64,000 nt of DNA, from contig CM074511.1 of the NCBI GenBank assembly GCA_037379345.1, forward strand, positions 66,718,862 through 66,782,861, read 5' to 3'. The translations under genes and the position numbers were made by a program. Source of the DNA: Perna viridis (taxonomy: Eukaryota). Positions within the stretch are counted from its first letter, which is position 1. Each line of letters opens with the position of its first letter. Below are positions 1 through 14,295 of this stretch, piece by piece. Below the pieces are notes generated by a model. The model saw nothing but the letters and a program-made list of their open reading frames with translations. It was not told the DNA's origin and made no database searches.

Positions 1-2360
1 AGCACGAGTAACATTAAACTTAACAGTCACATTTGTCATTCCCAGTTTATCTAGATAAAAAACCTTACTGAAAACTTGATGAACATATTGATGAAATTTA
101 TATCGTTTTAAAATATTTTACCATTAAAAAATTCCCCGTATACACAATGACCCACATTCACGGGTTTGACTATGTCCGGAGACTGTGTAAAGACTTTGAT
201 GCCTTACATCGTCCGTGAGAGACTCCAAACGGTAGCCAAGGACGTTAAGAAACAGCTCATTCCGTCATGTATTACGCATATGAGTGTAAACCGTGTCTAA
301 CAGTATTGAGTATAATTATATGTCAGCACGAAAACGAAAATTAAACCAAGTATAGGAACAGTCAGCTGATTGTCAGCGTCACTCATATCATGCAAATGAT
401 TTGACTAACACTGTTATGAAAGATTTTTGGGGATTTTAGTGGTTTATATCCACAAAGACAGTCGAGTTATTTTCTATAAGCAGCGATGTTCTAGCTTTAT
501 AATGCACGAAATGAAGGATATAACGGATATACGTAAAGTGCTATCGTTTTCAAATGTATTGTTATAGTGTTATTTAAACAGATCTACATAAAAAATCTAT
601 TGAGCAGATTTAATTTAGAGCATCAAAGGTCCTAACTTATAAAGACATTTAGGTTCGTTTGTGATATTATATATTAATTCTTATAACAAATTATACTGGT
701 AATACTTATAAATAAAGCAAATCTTTAGAACAGAAAGAAATATTTATGGTTTAATTATATGGCATATATCTACATTTAAGTTTATAAGTAAAATTTATGA
801 CTACGTGTACACAGGGAGCAAATATTTGTCTTACCAAAACCGGGATTTAGTTCGCTAATACGGAAAGTTCAATATCTTATTTCAATGGTTATATAGGTAT
901 ATATAAGTATTTGGTTGGAGTGTCATTAAACGTATTATGATAAAAATGTCCGATACTTTTAGACAAAAATCGAAGCTTAATCCATTCATTAATACAAATC
1001 ACAAGGTCGGTTCTGACACCATTTGACCACGTTTATTTCTTCATTGCATTTTAGTGATTTGTACTAAATACTCACAGATTTAAGTACAATTTAAGAGATT
1101 GCAAGTCATTATTTTTGCTAGATATTGTTATCGATAAAACAATACCATATCCTGTATCAGTAACATCGATAAAACAATACCATATCCTGTATCAGTAACA
1201 TCGTTAACATTTATGGTCTCGAAATATTATATAGTATGATATTTATTTCATTAGTTGTTGTTAAAACAGTCATTCAGAGAGTACCATTCTAGAATGCCTT
1301 TATATCATTACTGTTATTTTTCTTATTTTCCATCGAATTTCCACGATGTTGAACGGAGAATGTCACTGATAACCCTTTATTGTGGTTTTGTTTTCTGTCA
1401 TCACGAATTTGTCTGTCCATTATCGTACATACACACTTGTCGTAATAGCTGCCTCCGGGAAAATGCGCTTTTGATATTCAGTCCATTTTGATTCTGATAA
1501 TTTTACCATTTTTTACAAATCGCAACAAACTTGCAATAAAAAATATATAATGTCCAAAGTAAACAACCATGACCGTTAAATTACTGCAAAAAAAATATTT
1601 TAAAAAGCAATACAACATATATTTTGCTTTTTTCGAATTCCCGACACGTAAACGAGATAGCAAATGTTGTAAATTGATTATGATAAGGACAGAAACAATA
1701 AACAGACACAATAATCTTATGGTTTCAAGCTATATTAAACTCATTTTAATTTTAATAATGCTCATTTAAACTCATTTTTATTTCAATAGTGCCTGTTTAC
1801 AATATATTTAACTCTGCCCGATGCTTTATCTAGTATCATAGCTTATATCTTACTTAATGCTTGTTTTTATCTCTTCGTCTATCACATTTGACATTAAATT
1901 TAATTTCTTTAATCCCTCATCTTTATTGAGGAACAGGTAGTCATGGGTTATATCACTGACAAATCATTTCTAGCAGGGTGTTAAAAGTTTATCGACAAGC
2001 TTATAATTTGTAAATATAAAAAGTATTATTCCTTATGTCAAGTGTCAACTTAAGATTTTGTCCTAAAAATATAATTCATTAATCGCTGTCATTCCCTAAA
2101 ATCATTTTTTATGTGGAAGAGCTTACATATATTGGTTTAATCAAACTTAAATCAGCCCAAGAACGTATGTGGTATTCATTGCTAAGATATGCTCATTTAT
2201 ACTTTAATAACCACTACATTTTCTCATTCGAATATGAAAGGTCTATATACTGACAAAAGAAATCAGCACGTTCTGACAAACCTACGTTTGCAAACAAATA
2301 ATCTTACTTTAAGAGTGGCAAAAAATACTATGAAATGAATATCGTAGTTAGAGGAAAGAG

Positions 2361-2443
2361 TAATCAATGAACCAAGATTCCAAAAGAACCAAAAGAATGT
2401 AATTCAGGGACAAAGACCAGACCTTGGTTCCCTTGGTTACTCT
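2361..2443. mobile_element. Penelope-like element 3'-end fragments joined in inverted orientation
   Basis: taatcaatgaaccaag...gggacaaagaccagac (antisense 3' end) is followed directly by cttggttcccttggttactc (sense 3' end). Both match the family terminus at 22020-22107 and 23213-23270. Confidence 0.6.
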
Positions 2444-4166
2444 TTGACAAGGAATGAATGATTTTTTTGAACCCTTACAATGTCATAATTTTAATTTTCG
2501 AGTTGCCAATCACGTCTGTCTGCTTCATGTAAACAATAAATAAGTTAAACTGACACTGGGATTAATCACAACTGTAAAAGCAGCTTCACTACAACAAATG
2601 GTATCTGTATTTAAAGAGAAACAGTGCTTTATGTGTAAATAGTTTAAAACCAAGCCTTGGCGACACTGTATTTGAAAAAAATCACATAAGTCTGAGAATA
2701 TTCTTAACGGATTATAATATTAAAAAGCCCCTATAATTAAACCCTGCTCCGAAGGTCTAAGAGAGCGGGTTTACTGTTTTAGCCTTGTTCGTGTGTTCGT
2801 GTTTTTCCATTGCAGCGGCTTGAAATTTTAAAGCATTTTTCCTGTAGGTATGCAATACGGTGAGATTCATTTTCGGAAAAATTCAACAACTTCCTGTTTA
2901 CCGATGACTTTGTTTATTTTCCTTATATCGTGATTGAAAGCGGGGAAATCACTAGTGAGCCATCCCTCACAGATTTCTTGTTTGATCGGCTTTGCCATGG
3001 AATTTAGGAATATTCTCAGACTTAAAAATCTTTTTTCATTTATTTGTGGCGGCTATTTGCTCCTCCGCTCCATCCGATCATGATTGATACAGGGAAATAA
3101 TGTAAGCATGTAGGGTCTGAAAAAAATCCCAACGGTGTTAGAACTGTCAAATTTGCGAGGATTTTTTTTGTTTTTGTTGTTGTCTCGGACTCGTACTGCA
3201 GTGACATCTATGGCAACATCCAGCGCCTCTACACTACTCTGTGAAAAGGCTTTTTAAAATATAGCTTTCTCTGGCTGGGTCATTCCTCTTCGTAGGATAA
3301 ATCTAGGGTTGAAACTTAGTATACGCTGTTTGGTAGTGCAGGACAGCTCATCTAGGTACATGTTACTATGTAGGATAGAGGGTCAAATTAACGATACACA
3401 TGATTTTTCATATATTTTTTGTAACATATGAAAAACATGTTTTTCGTGTGCTTTTCGTATGTTAAGGACCGCCATGAAAAGAAATGTTTTCAATTAAAAT
3501 AAAAATAAATAATACTTTCTCATTAAAACATTGATAGGTTAACAAATGTTTTCCCAGATGATTTCAATCATTAAAGACATATGTTTTCATTTGAATTGGA
3601 ATAAAATATACAACTCATGAGTTTTAATGGGCAAAATCAGATATATTTCCATACCGGCCCTAAACAAATGTTTCCATATGTTTGAAACGTTAGAAAACAT
3701 ATGTAGCATTTTTTTTTCCGCAAGATAACGGAAGTATGATAGGGTCTGAAAAATTCGAAATAGGGCATTCGACTTTGTCCAAATAGTTTTCCGTTCGAAA
3801 ATTTACCGTATTGGATGTTATGGATATGCATTTCTTTTGAAGAATATAAAAATCAATCGTCAAGTTTTATTTCTCATTTGTGCAGTAACCCATGCAAATG
3901 ATCTGTTGTCACGTGTTGTGCTTAGTCATATTTTTTGGGGTAAAATTGTGAAAACCAACGCAAGAATAGTAATATGAAGGAGAAAAACATAACAGATACG
4001 ATACAAACTTTAAGTTTACATCAGCATTTTGTTTTTATATAGATGTGTTGCTTTGTTTAGAACGAACCAAAATCAGATACAATAAAAATAAAGGTAAGGT
4101 ACATTATTGCATTCCAACATGAAAGTCTACGAGATAAATATATCCTTTGAATAAACGTGAAAATAC

Positions 4167-4865
4167 TCATTTTTTTACGGCACTTCCTTTGGACGATCTA
4201 TCTGAAGGCGATGCAGTTCCTGATTTCCTGAGACTATGAGGAGAACCTCCTGGAGACGTTTTGTAACCATTTCTAGTATGCCGGACTGGTGACAGGCTTT
4301 TTGTTTCTTTTACAGTTTGTTTTGATTGATTTCGCTTTGTAGTTTCCATTGTTAATACTTCTGAGTCAATTTTTCGAGCTTCCGGTGAGTTTTCCAATAA
4401 TTTTCCTACCGCAGAATCCGCATTATTGGAGTTTGTTTCGTTTTCATTGCAAAGCGGAGATCTTACATGTACAGTTTTTCTTGGTCTCTGAACAGTACCG
4501 TCATAGGTATTGCTTCTTTCCCTTCCATGGCGTAATATTCCATCCGGATGTAAATGTGTATGAATATCATCTTTTGACTTGTTCTTTTTGGCACAGACTG
4601 TAACTAAATTTGACGCAAAGTGCACACTAGGGTGGGGTTTTCTGTAAGTAGTATCGATTGTATTGCTGCGTTCTCTCGGCTGAGGAGACATTTCCTCTTC
4701 GTGTCGACATTCAAACAGCGCCTCCCTGAATTCTTGAGATCCTCTTGGCACAAATTTGTTGTCTATTTCATGAAGCCTTTTGTGAACATCTAAATCGTTA
4801 AACGCTTTTGAAATTTCATTTACTGCGTCGGTACTCATATCGAACGTCACCACAGGAATAGGCAT
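4167..4865 (-). CDS. Uncharacterised 232-aa, largely disordered Ser/Thr/Lys/Arg-rich protein; CDS lies in one exon
   Basis: 699-bp ORF in AT-rich DNA. A good acceptor (ttttattttcgttgcag) starts the exon at 4887, and an in-frame TAA lies just upstream of the ATG. The motif RERSNT occurs twice. Confidence 0.75.
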   Translation of the reverse strand: MPIPVVTFDMSTDAVNEISKAFNDLDVHKRLHEIDNKFVPRGSQEFREALFECRHEEEMSPQPRERSNTIDTTYRKPHPSVHFASNLVTVCAKKNKSKDDIHTHLHPDGILRHGRERSNTYDGTVQRPRKTVHVRSPLCNENETNSNNADSAVGKLLENSPEARKIDSEVLTMETTKRNQSKQTVKETKSLSPVRHTRNGYKTSPGGSPHSLRKSGTASPSDRSSKGSAVKK

Positions 4866-6178
4866 TAAACTGGAGTTATTTTAGTTCCTGCAACGAAAAT
4901 AAAAAGATAGTAATCCCCTATAATCCATTGCAGTTTCGCTGAATAGAATCTATGTGCACGAAAACGGTTAAAATTTAGTATCCATCGAGCATAAATGTTG
5001 AATAATTACTAGATGATCCGTGCTACAAAGACATAGTCAAAATGTATGCGTTAAATTACTACTACCTTGGAAGTTATTAGCAACTCGATGTTACGAAAAA
5101 AGTTATTACATTACCTTTACAAATTTCGTCAAAGGATGTGTCGTTATATCGCAGTTACAATCATATAATACTCCGATGAAATAAATGAAAACATTTTGAA
5201 ATAATTATATACATACAATATCATGTTAACTTACAAAGCATTGGATCAAAATGTATGTAATATAGATGAGAATGAACATTAAATAAAATATTCCCTATAT
5301 CGATTCAACAATAATCAATTTGTTACTTTCAATAGTTAGACTGACCTTCCAGACAATTGGGGTGTATTTGCTTTTGTATTCAAGAAGGTGCAATTATGGA
5401 AAGGTTTCAATTACTGAAAGAATAGGAAATTGATAAGAATCTAAAAATGTTTTTGCAGAAAATTTGAACCTGTTTCATTGCAATCTCTTTGAATGACAGC
5501 ACTTACGTAGTTATAAATATTGTTAAAGAGAATCCCAATCGCAATTACATCGATTTACAATAATTAATGACAGATGTAGCAGATGACGTGAAACTTGTCA
5601 CGAAGTCTGACATCACCAAGGGCACCATAGAATGGAAATCTTAAAAGAACAAGCTGTCAAATAAAACAAATATATTCAATATAGAAATGTGTAATAGAAG
5701 ACAGTATTTTCGACAAAAAACTGCAATGCAGACAAAATAATATGTCCAGCCTGACGAACGGACCCACATGCAGAAAATACATATTCTTTTGATGACAAAT
5801 TTATTCCAAAAGGGTTTCGTTTCAGAAATAGCATGGTTATTAGAACAGAAAAGTCTTGTTTTCTAAAACACTGCATAAAGCGCATATGTTGCTACCTCGA
5901 GATATGAAAATGGCACTATTCTGGATTGTAGATTATAAATAGTAATTGTCTTTAATTTGACTTTAATACAAAAAGTTCAAGGTAAGGTATTTTTTTTATG
6001 TATAATTCATAGTATAAATAAACAACAATAAAGAAACACAGTTTGATTGAATAAGGGTTTCGTTTCGAACTTTCGAAACATTACGTACGGCCCATACTTC
6101 AAACGAATCTCGAATACCGTATATTTGGATAAAGAATAGCTTCACAGAATATCACCGAAACATAAATTAACAGTTTAC

Positions 6179-6410
6179 CTTTTAACGATTTAGAGAAAGA
6201 AATTCATGTGTAACTTTCAACGTCTCAAGTGTAAAATACGATATTTAAAATGTTTTCTTGTCAGGAAGATTTTTTGATAGTCGGAGTCCACGTTGCTTTC
6301 GAGTTACAATAGGTATTCTTTTGAACATTCCAATATAAAAGTAATTTCAACTTGTTCGGTGATTCCACGTGAAGTGTCTTGCTATTTTCAAATTTTGAAC
6401 ATATATAAGG
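6179..6410 (-). promoter_or_regulatory. Possible TATA promoter and non-coding first exon of the 4167-4865 gene
   Basis: Minus-strand TATA-like ccttatatat at 6401-6410 and donor AG/gtaaac at 6179/6178. Supported by motifs only. Confidence 0.3.
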
Positions 6411-7222
6411 TTTAAACCGGTTCTTCTTCAACCAAGACATGTGCTGTAAATAATATTTACCCTATCGATAGAAAAACTCGCATTTAAAACCAAAACTTTA
6501 CAATTTCGAGTTGAAAATTAAAAACTACCTGAAGGGTAATCTACTTGAAATTAATCAGCTATTTCAGTTTTATAAAAAAAAAATTTTTTAAAAAATCATA
6601 CGTGTCGTGACCAATGTATTTAGTCGAGTGAATGTTGATATTTTCTTTGGAGAAAATTTACCTTGTGTCAGTGGGTTGAACGTCACATTCTGTAATTACT
6701 ATTTCCTTGTTCAAATTTAATTCTATACCTCATTAAATTTATCAAGGTGAAATATGGCAAAGCGGTTGTCATATATTATGTCATAATTCGCTAAGATTTT
6801 GATATTTTAAAAATTTCATTGGATTAGGTAATCAACAACTCAGAAAGGTACATGAACAGCTGATCAAACGGAAACATAAATCAGCTACTGTTATCGATTT
6901 TGTTTTTTGTAGTGGATGACATTTAAGATAACGAGGCTGTTACCTGATACATTAATAATGAGGTATATCAATTAAGAATTTATAATTTAACATTGTTTTA
7001 TCTATGGCTTCATTTGTAATTACTTTCATCACAACGTTAAAGGTCGGTTTTTACATTTGGAAGTAGCAACCGACAAATTTCAATTATGTTTCAGTTCTTG
7101 CAGCTGAAATTGAAATGCGTAAAACTTGATTGATAGTTTTATGCTCATTCAACAAAGTTATGGTCAAATGTCAACTGTCTCTGTACCCGTTCATCCGCTG
7201 CTTTCCATCCAATGGTTTTATC

Positions 7223-7382
7223 NNNNNNNNNNNNNNNNNNNNNNNNNNNNNNNNNNNNNNNNNNNNNNNNNNNNNNNNNNNNNNNNNNNNNNNNNNNNNN
7301 NNNNNNNNNNNNNNNNNNNNNNNNNNNNNNNNNNNNNNNNNNNNNNNNNNNNNNNNNNNNNNNNNNNNNNNNNNNNNNNNNN
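7223..7382. other. Assembly gap
   Basis: Run of N. Confidence 1.
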
Positions 7383-7482
7383 GTTATATTTTCACATAAC
7401 GTGGTTTTCTTGTTCCGCATGTACTTTTTAAAATTTATCGGCCATATCAATATATTGACACATTGTTACCTCGTATATTCAG

Positions 7483-7650
7483 GAGTAATCAAGAGAACCA
7501 AGGTTATAGCGGTAATCAAAAGAATGTAATCCAGGGACCAAGGCCAGACATGGAAAACAGACATACACAACAAAGAACATAAAGTAACTAAAATCCTACA
7601 TACAAAGTAACAAAAGCAAATGAGCAACTCGGACTCCACAAAAAACTGGG
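7483..7650 (-). mobile_element. Penelope-like element 3' UTR fragment (family A)
   Basis: Near identical to 23213-23370 and starts at the family 3' terminus gagtaatcaag. Confidence 0.8.
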
Positions 7651-9604
7651 CGCAAGAAATTAAGTATACTTCTTATTATAACTACGATGCTTTTACTCAT
7701 TGCAATAATTATATTAATGTATGTGGTAGTTTAGCAAAAATGTAATGCATGGCATTAAAATGCATGCAAATGGGTCATAGAGGACGCTTGGGTGACTAGC
7801 AAATGTATTCCCTATCATCATCCGTCATCCTTATTTGAGGAACATCACGTAAATGAGATCTAAGTTATCAAAATGCGAAATTACAGAAGAGGTATTATAT
7901 CAGTGAAGACGATATTATATAAAACTTACATGTACTCTGTATAGCTTATAGGAAAAAAATATTTTGCTCACCTATTGAAACAGCTTATTTTACAAAAAAT
8001 CACTTATTTTCTTATCCTTATTTTGATTTCGATTACACTTCTACTGTTAGTTGTTAATATCATTTGTATGCACAATTTTACCTTCGACTCACCTGATGTA
8101 ACGAACTTTTATTGACATTCCATTTTGTATTCTTCGAAATTACATTTTCTACAACCCTTGTCACTTGCAGAGACATATTGGTGGCTAAGAACAAAGAAAA
8201 ACTATAATCTTCTGGTTTAGATTAATACTTACCCTGAGATTTATTTGTTTTAGTATTTCATCCATAATTTAATTTAAACTTCAGATGTTCCTGAACTACT
8301 GAGATATTTGTCACTTTAACCACAATATTTGAAATCGGAATTACAGATCAATCCCATAATATAAATAAGGTCACTGGTGTGTTTATCCTAACATTGACAA
8401 GTGTTTATAACATGAGAATCTTAATGAAAATCCATAGATATAAATAAATCAAAATTTAAAGAATGATATCTCTCGTAATAACCGATGACAATTTTATATA
8501 GTCAATATTCCATATCAATTATGTTCCACACTTAAGCCAAATTTCTTTGGTTGTAAGTAAAGGTCTTTAGGCCGACACAATATTGCACTCTTTTATACTG
8601 TGTCTCACAAATGAAACTAGTGAGATCAAAATAAACTGTCAATACGTATTACGTGCATTTAATTTCTTGATAAGACCTTCCCTTCGAAACAGTTCTTCAA
8701 GTCCCTTTCAGTGCTACCAACGACATAATTAACTCGCACTGTATTGAAGTAACCTAAATGTAAACATTGGCTTACAAATCATTAACTTAACTCATTCAAT
8801 GCAGAAGGTACCGTTAATGTTTCTTCGTATGTTAAATATTTGTCTTGTTGATTTAAATTTCCGATTGTCACACTTTAAAATATTGGTTAATATTCAAATA
8901 TTGATACGAATCGGACTACCGTGTCATATTTCAACAAGATCGTTCGTCACTTTTATCAAATGTCACATTTAATAATTGTCCCGTACAGGGAAGGCCTTTG
9001 AATATAAATTACAGGTCATATACTCAATTGATCCTTGACCAACTTTTTAAAAGGACGTGGACTACTGTGATAGAACAATGACTTGACTAATTCGGGTTCA
9101 ATATGTCTTTTACTTTTAACAAATCTTTTAGATTTAAATTACATTTAATGTCCTCAATTTCAGGCCAATGAACCGTTAACGTCTTCCGTTCAACTTTGTA
9201 TTATGTCTTTTTTATGTGTTTTTTTTTTTGTTTGTTTTGTTTTTCAATTTAAACCTTTCAATATGACCATAATTAAATCAAATTAGTTATACATAGAAGG
9301 TTGTAAATCTTGTAAAATAATACTACCGAAAACAAATTGACAATGTATTGAAAACGTACAACAAAGAACAAGTAACTCAATAATGAATATACTGTACACT
9401 TAAAACTGTTCCAAAACAGTAATTGTCACTGTGAGTTTATTATAAATTAGTGGAGCAGCTTTACATAGCATTTAAATTGCTGTTTTATACCTAACCTATA
9501 GACTAGATGAGTTTTCTTATTGGTGGTAACTCTTTAAAAAACAAAAAAGCTGTTCGGACATTTGTCCTCAGAATAATATTAAAATTAGAAGCTCATTTCG
9601 GTTT

Positions 9605-9760
9605 GTTATGCCCCTGTTTGAAAACCGAGATGTAATAGTGATCATGTTGCCCGTCCGTTCGTCTGTCCGTCCTCAGTTCTTATCCGCTACTCTTCTAAAA
9701 CGACTGAATGAAATTTGATGAATACATTTTTATCACAAAATGCCTTTTTGTACATATACT
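9605..9760 (+). mobile_element. Degenerate Helentron-associated (HINE/pearl-like) element end
   Basis: ttatgcccc start followed by a gtccgttcgtctgtccgtcc microsatellite, which is typical of bivalve HINE elements. Confidence 0.4.
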
Positions 9761-10359
9761 ATGTTGTTTTGTCCCATCTGAATGGTGTTTTTGGGTTTTC
9801 AATATAGTATCAATGGATTGGCGCTAGGATATATAGATTTTTTCTTAGCTACATTGCATTTTTGGGTCTCTGTTTTGTTATATTGATTTTAGTGGGGCAA
9901 ACCGACACAAGTTTAATAGACGGATGAAATTGTACATCAGTTAAGGTTAAACTGTCGCCGTGTAAGTTTTACCGTCGCCTGTCTGTACGATATAATGGAG
10001 TCTTGTGGAAATAACAGGAAGGAACTTGACGTTAATAACGATAATGACATAATTGTTTCCTTAGCTGTCAAATATCGCCGTAGGGTGAGGGTTTAAAATA
10101 CGTTCAAAACAAACATCGTTATCAATTGCATTTGTACCATAACAATTGTTTTCTTTCTACATTGTTTTATCGATGAATTCAATTGTTCGGAGTAATAAAT
10201 AATTTAGCTTTCAATCAAGACAACTGTGACGTCAACATGAAGAATGAATTAAATCTTTCTTTGGCATGTTACCTTTAAGAATTAACTATTATCAGTTAAA
10301 TTCGTGTATTGGTTCCTAAAACCTGTTTCTTTTATTTCATACTAATTGTGATTTGTCAT

Positions 10360-10972
10360 TATAGGAATCCACCACACTATCCACGGAGATCCCGGCTAAC
10401 AAACTCAATTAGAGGTTTATAGGAATCCACCACACTATCCACGAGGAACCCGGCTAATAAACTCAATTAGGGGTTCATCGGAATCCACCACACTATCCAC
10501 GAGGAACCCGGCTAACAAACTAAATTAGGGGTTTATAGGAATTCACCACACCATCCACGAGGATCCCGACTAACAAACTCAATTACGGGTTTATAGGAAT
10601 TCACCACACTATCCACGAGGATCCCGGCCAACAAACTCAATTAGGGTTTTATAGGAATCCACCACACTATCCACGAGGATCCCGGCCAACAAACTCAATT
10701 AGGGTTTTATAGGAATCCACCACACTATCCACGAGGATCCCGGCCAACAAACTAAATTAGAGGTTTATAGGACACCACCACACTATCCACGAGGATCCCG
10801 GCCAACAAACTCAATTAGAGGTTTATAGGAATCCACCACACTATCCACGAGGATCCCGGATAACAAACTCAATTGGGGGTTTATAGGAATCCACCACACC
10901 ATCCACGAGGATCCCGGATAACAAACTCAATTAGGGGTTTATAGGTATCCACCACACTATCCACGAGGATCC
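10360..10972. repeat. Minisatellite, 58-bp unit, about 10.5 copies
   Basis: Unit ataggaatccaccacactatccacgaggatcccggccaacaaactcaattagggtttt is repeated head-to-tail with no spacers. Confidence 0.95.
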
Positions 10973-12060
10973 CTGTAGAAGAACATAACTTTTCCTCTTT
11001 AAAACATTCAAAAGCTTAGATATTATACATTCTTCTCTAAGGATCTGAGAGTTTTTCATCAATTGCCTAAGCTAAGGGAAATATGTAAAGTCTGTTGGCC
11101 AAGACAAATACCAAATGTCTAAGGAAGACATAAAAAGTACATTGTCCAAGACAAATCACCGATCATTATTTGCATGATTAAAAAAAACATGTCAGACTAG
11201 CATAATGAACTAGATTTAACACACAAAATTAATATGGTTTGGGCATGTTACTAGAAGAGAACCAAATTACATCACACGAGTTTTTGAAAAATGGGCACCA
11301 GCTGACGGCAGGCGAAACAAAGGAAGGCACAGAGATACCTGATGAAGAATAATGACCTGTGAATTCAGTATTATTTGAAAAACCTTGGGTAAAATGAAAA
11401 AAAAATCGCCTAAGATCGAGATCTTTGGAGATATCTGATTACAGAATGATGCGCCTCTGGGCATGAAGAAGACAAGTAAGAAATCTATTATTTCTTCGTG
11501 TTTTCTGTCATTTTCTATGTGTTACTTGTAGATTACTTTGTTATGTCTGTCATTGTTATCGCATTGACAAAATAGTTTTTGTTTCGTTTTCTAAATATCG
11601 TCTTTCTCTCTCAAATTCGAGATAAGATCGTTGCTTTGGACGAAATTGCTCAGTTATCAAAACATACAATGAAACGTGGTATGGCAGTGAAATCAGATAC
11701 AAAGAAATTAAACAGAAAGTTTTATCAGATAGTTTAGAATGGCATTTACCGTAAAGCTATGCCTTCAACAGGCGACAAGAAATATGAAGGAACGGTTTTA
11801 TTTTGAAATGAAACGGTCATGAGTGTGATATGACTTTAATGTGTCGCGTAAATAGTTTTATCTTGAACTTCCCTGCTAGGTTTAATTGTTTTATTTTAAT
11901 TTGATTTTCTTTGGTCTTGCTTGACAGTTGGTGTTTTCCTTTCGGCCTTTGCTGTTCCTCCTGATGAACCCGTTAGGCCGAAAATCTTCGTTTTCTCACG
12001 TTTTGTTAGTATTAAGATTCATTTACCTAAAATGTTGCTACTTTTCACTCATTTATTATT

Positions 12061-12545
12061 CAGAGTAATTAAAGGAACCAAATTTGAGCGGACATCGAAA
12101 GAATATATTCCAAGGTTAAAGACCAGATAGGAAAAATAGATACACACAACAAAACATGAAGTAACCAAAGTGATACGTATAATGAAACAAAATGTAAATG
12201 AGCAACCTGGATTTAACTAAATTGGGAGCACGGACCAGATTATACCGGTAGAATAGGCGTCCTTTGCTTTTCTAAAAAAAACACCGCCACTTAGTTGCTC
12301 ATAAAACGTCACGTTCGGGGTAGACGAAAGAGGAAAGGAAAACGATTGTAAGAAATCTAGCACGGTACAAAAAGTCAGCGTAGTTTCGACAAGCTCTGGC
12401 ATAACGTGTGGTTGTGATATGAAAACTCCAGCTGCTGAAGGGATATTGCCACAGATGAAAGGAAAGTTGACAATTCGGAATGAGAATTCATCACCTCTGT
12501 CGTAAAATTTGATCATGAGTTTTCCATTTCCATCGATCTCTAAAT
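12061..12545 (-). mobile_element. Penelope-like (Naiad-type) retroelement, 5'-truncated: RT C-terminus plus 3' UTR
   Basis: Translation YLEIDGNGKLMIKFYDRGDEFSFRIVNFPFICGNIPSA; the 3' UTR is shared with the other copies. Confidence 0.85.
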
Positions 12546-13494
12546 ATCGGGTTACAACGAAATAAGCAATGCTCTCCCTTTCGATAGATATACAAAATAA
12601 TTCAATAAAACATCGTAAAATATAATTTCGAAGTGAAAAGCATTTCTTATTTCGTAATTCAGAGTATTTCGGTATTAAGGGCATAGCAAGTTTAAGAGTT
12701 TATTTTCGAGTAAAGAGTTGTATTTCTGGTTTAATACTGAAGCATACGTTCACTGTCTATTGCGTTAAAAATTTAAGGAACAATGTTTAACACTGATTTT
12801 TGCTATTTTATTTATTCTTTATTTTCTGTTTAACCCACAGGTTAATATATCGTTGAACTATTTCAGGTAGTTCCTAATACTTTACTTAAATATAATTATA
12901 TAGTGATTAGTAAATCGAGAGAAACTTCTAAAACTGAATTAAACCGACGCAATAAAACACACTTGTGAAGGATAGCAACTTAAAAAGTAGTATGAAATTA
13001 GTTTCAATGACCCAGCAAACATTTCATTAAAAAAACATAAGTATATTGGCTTGAGATTCAACAAAGTAAGAATAAATGTGAAAATCATTGTATAACTTAG
13101 ATTCTTTTTAAATGTAACAGTTGGTGTTTTAAAGTATACAAACAAAAAAAGAAATTTATGAAAGAAACTTCATTAATTATACACGCTCAAAGTCAGTGCA
13201 TACAATTTGTATCCCAGTTAAGACACTTCTATTGTTCAGTAAGAACTCTGATATGAAAGAGATATAATAAAATCAACATTTTAAAAAGACAAATGATCAC
13301 GTTTTTAAGCTATAAAATATGATTTATGGCACTATTTTCTCCCATAGAAATATATAGGAACCATTTGTAAATCAGTTTTAACGTTTCTTATTTTGTCAAT
13401 TGTAGAGAATATATATAGTATGCCTAGTCCTAAAACTCCAAAAGGTGCCATTCATAAATACCGTTTATTTTAATGGGAGAAATTCGTATACACG

Positions 13495-14295
13495 AGTGGA
13501 AATCCTGTGCAGAATAAAAAAACCCAAAGGCATTCACGAGTGGAAATCCTTGCGACAAGACAAAAGTACAAATGGAGGGAAAATCCTTTTAAGGAAGTAG
13601 TAACCAAAATAGTTAAAACGCAGGAAAATCCTTGGAAGAAGCAGTAACCCTAAAAGTACAGACATAAGGGATCTTTGGAAGAAATAGTTACCACAATAGT
13701 ACAAATGGGAGAAAACTTTTGGAAGAAGTAATACCAATAGTACAAACAAACGGGAATCCTTGGAAGAAGTAGTGACACCAAAGGTACAAACGCAGGAAAA
13801 TCCTGGGAAGAATTAGTAACCCCAATGGTAGAATCGAAGCGGAAATTCTTGGCAAAAGTAGTAACCCCAATAGTACAAATGGAGGGGGAATCCTTGGAGG
13901 TAGTAACCCAAATAGTATGTACGAGGGGCCGTAACCAGAAAGCAAAAAAACGGAATTGATCCTTGGAATGAGTAGTCACCCTAATAGTACAAACGATAGG
14001 GATCCTTGGCAGAAGTAGTAACCACAATAGTACAAACTTGAGGAACCTTGGCAGAAAAAGTAACCCTAATAGTTTAAATGGAGGAAATCCTTGGAAGAAG
14101 TAGTAAGCCTGAGAAACGAGAGGGATCCTTGGCAAGAGTAGTATCACCAATAATACAAACGAGAGGGATCCTTGGCAAAAAAAGTAACGCCAATAATACA
14201 AACGAGATGGATCCTTGGCAGAAGTGGTAACGCCAATAGTATAAACGGGAAAATCCTTGCAAGAAGTAGTAACCCTAATAGTACAAACTAGGGGA
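13495..14295. repeat. Degenerate tandem array, about 41-42-bp unit, roughly 19 copies
   Basis: Recurring ggatccttggaagaagtagtaaccccaatagtacaaac. The overlapping Leu/Phe-rich ORFs are repeat artefacts. Confidence 0.9.

Noticed and set aside
7126-7529. ORFs spanning N runs (also near 32300-32760 and 44830-45070)
   Set aside because: Assembly-gap artefacts.
10360-10972. CRISPR-like appearance of a regular repeat array
   Set aside because: Units are contiguous with no unique spacers, there are no cas genes, and the context is eukaryotic.
13534-14262. Long hydrophobic ORFs (up to 183 aa)
   Set aside because: They are translations of the tandem array in several frames at once.
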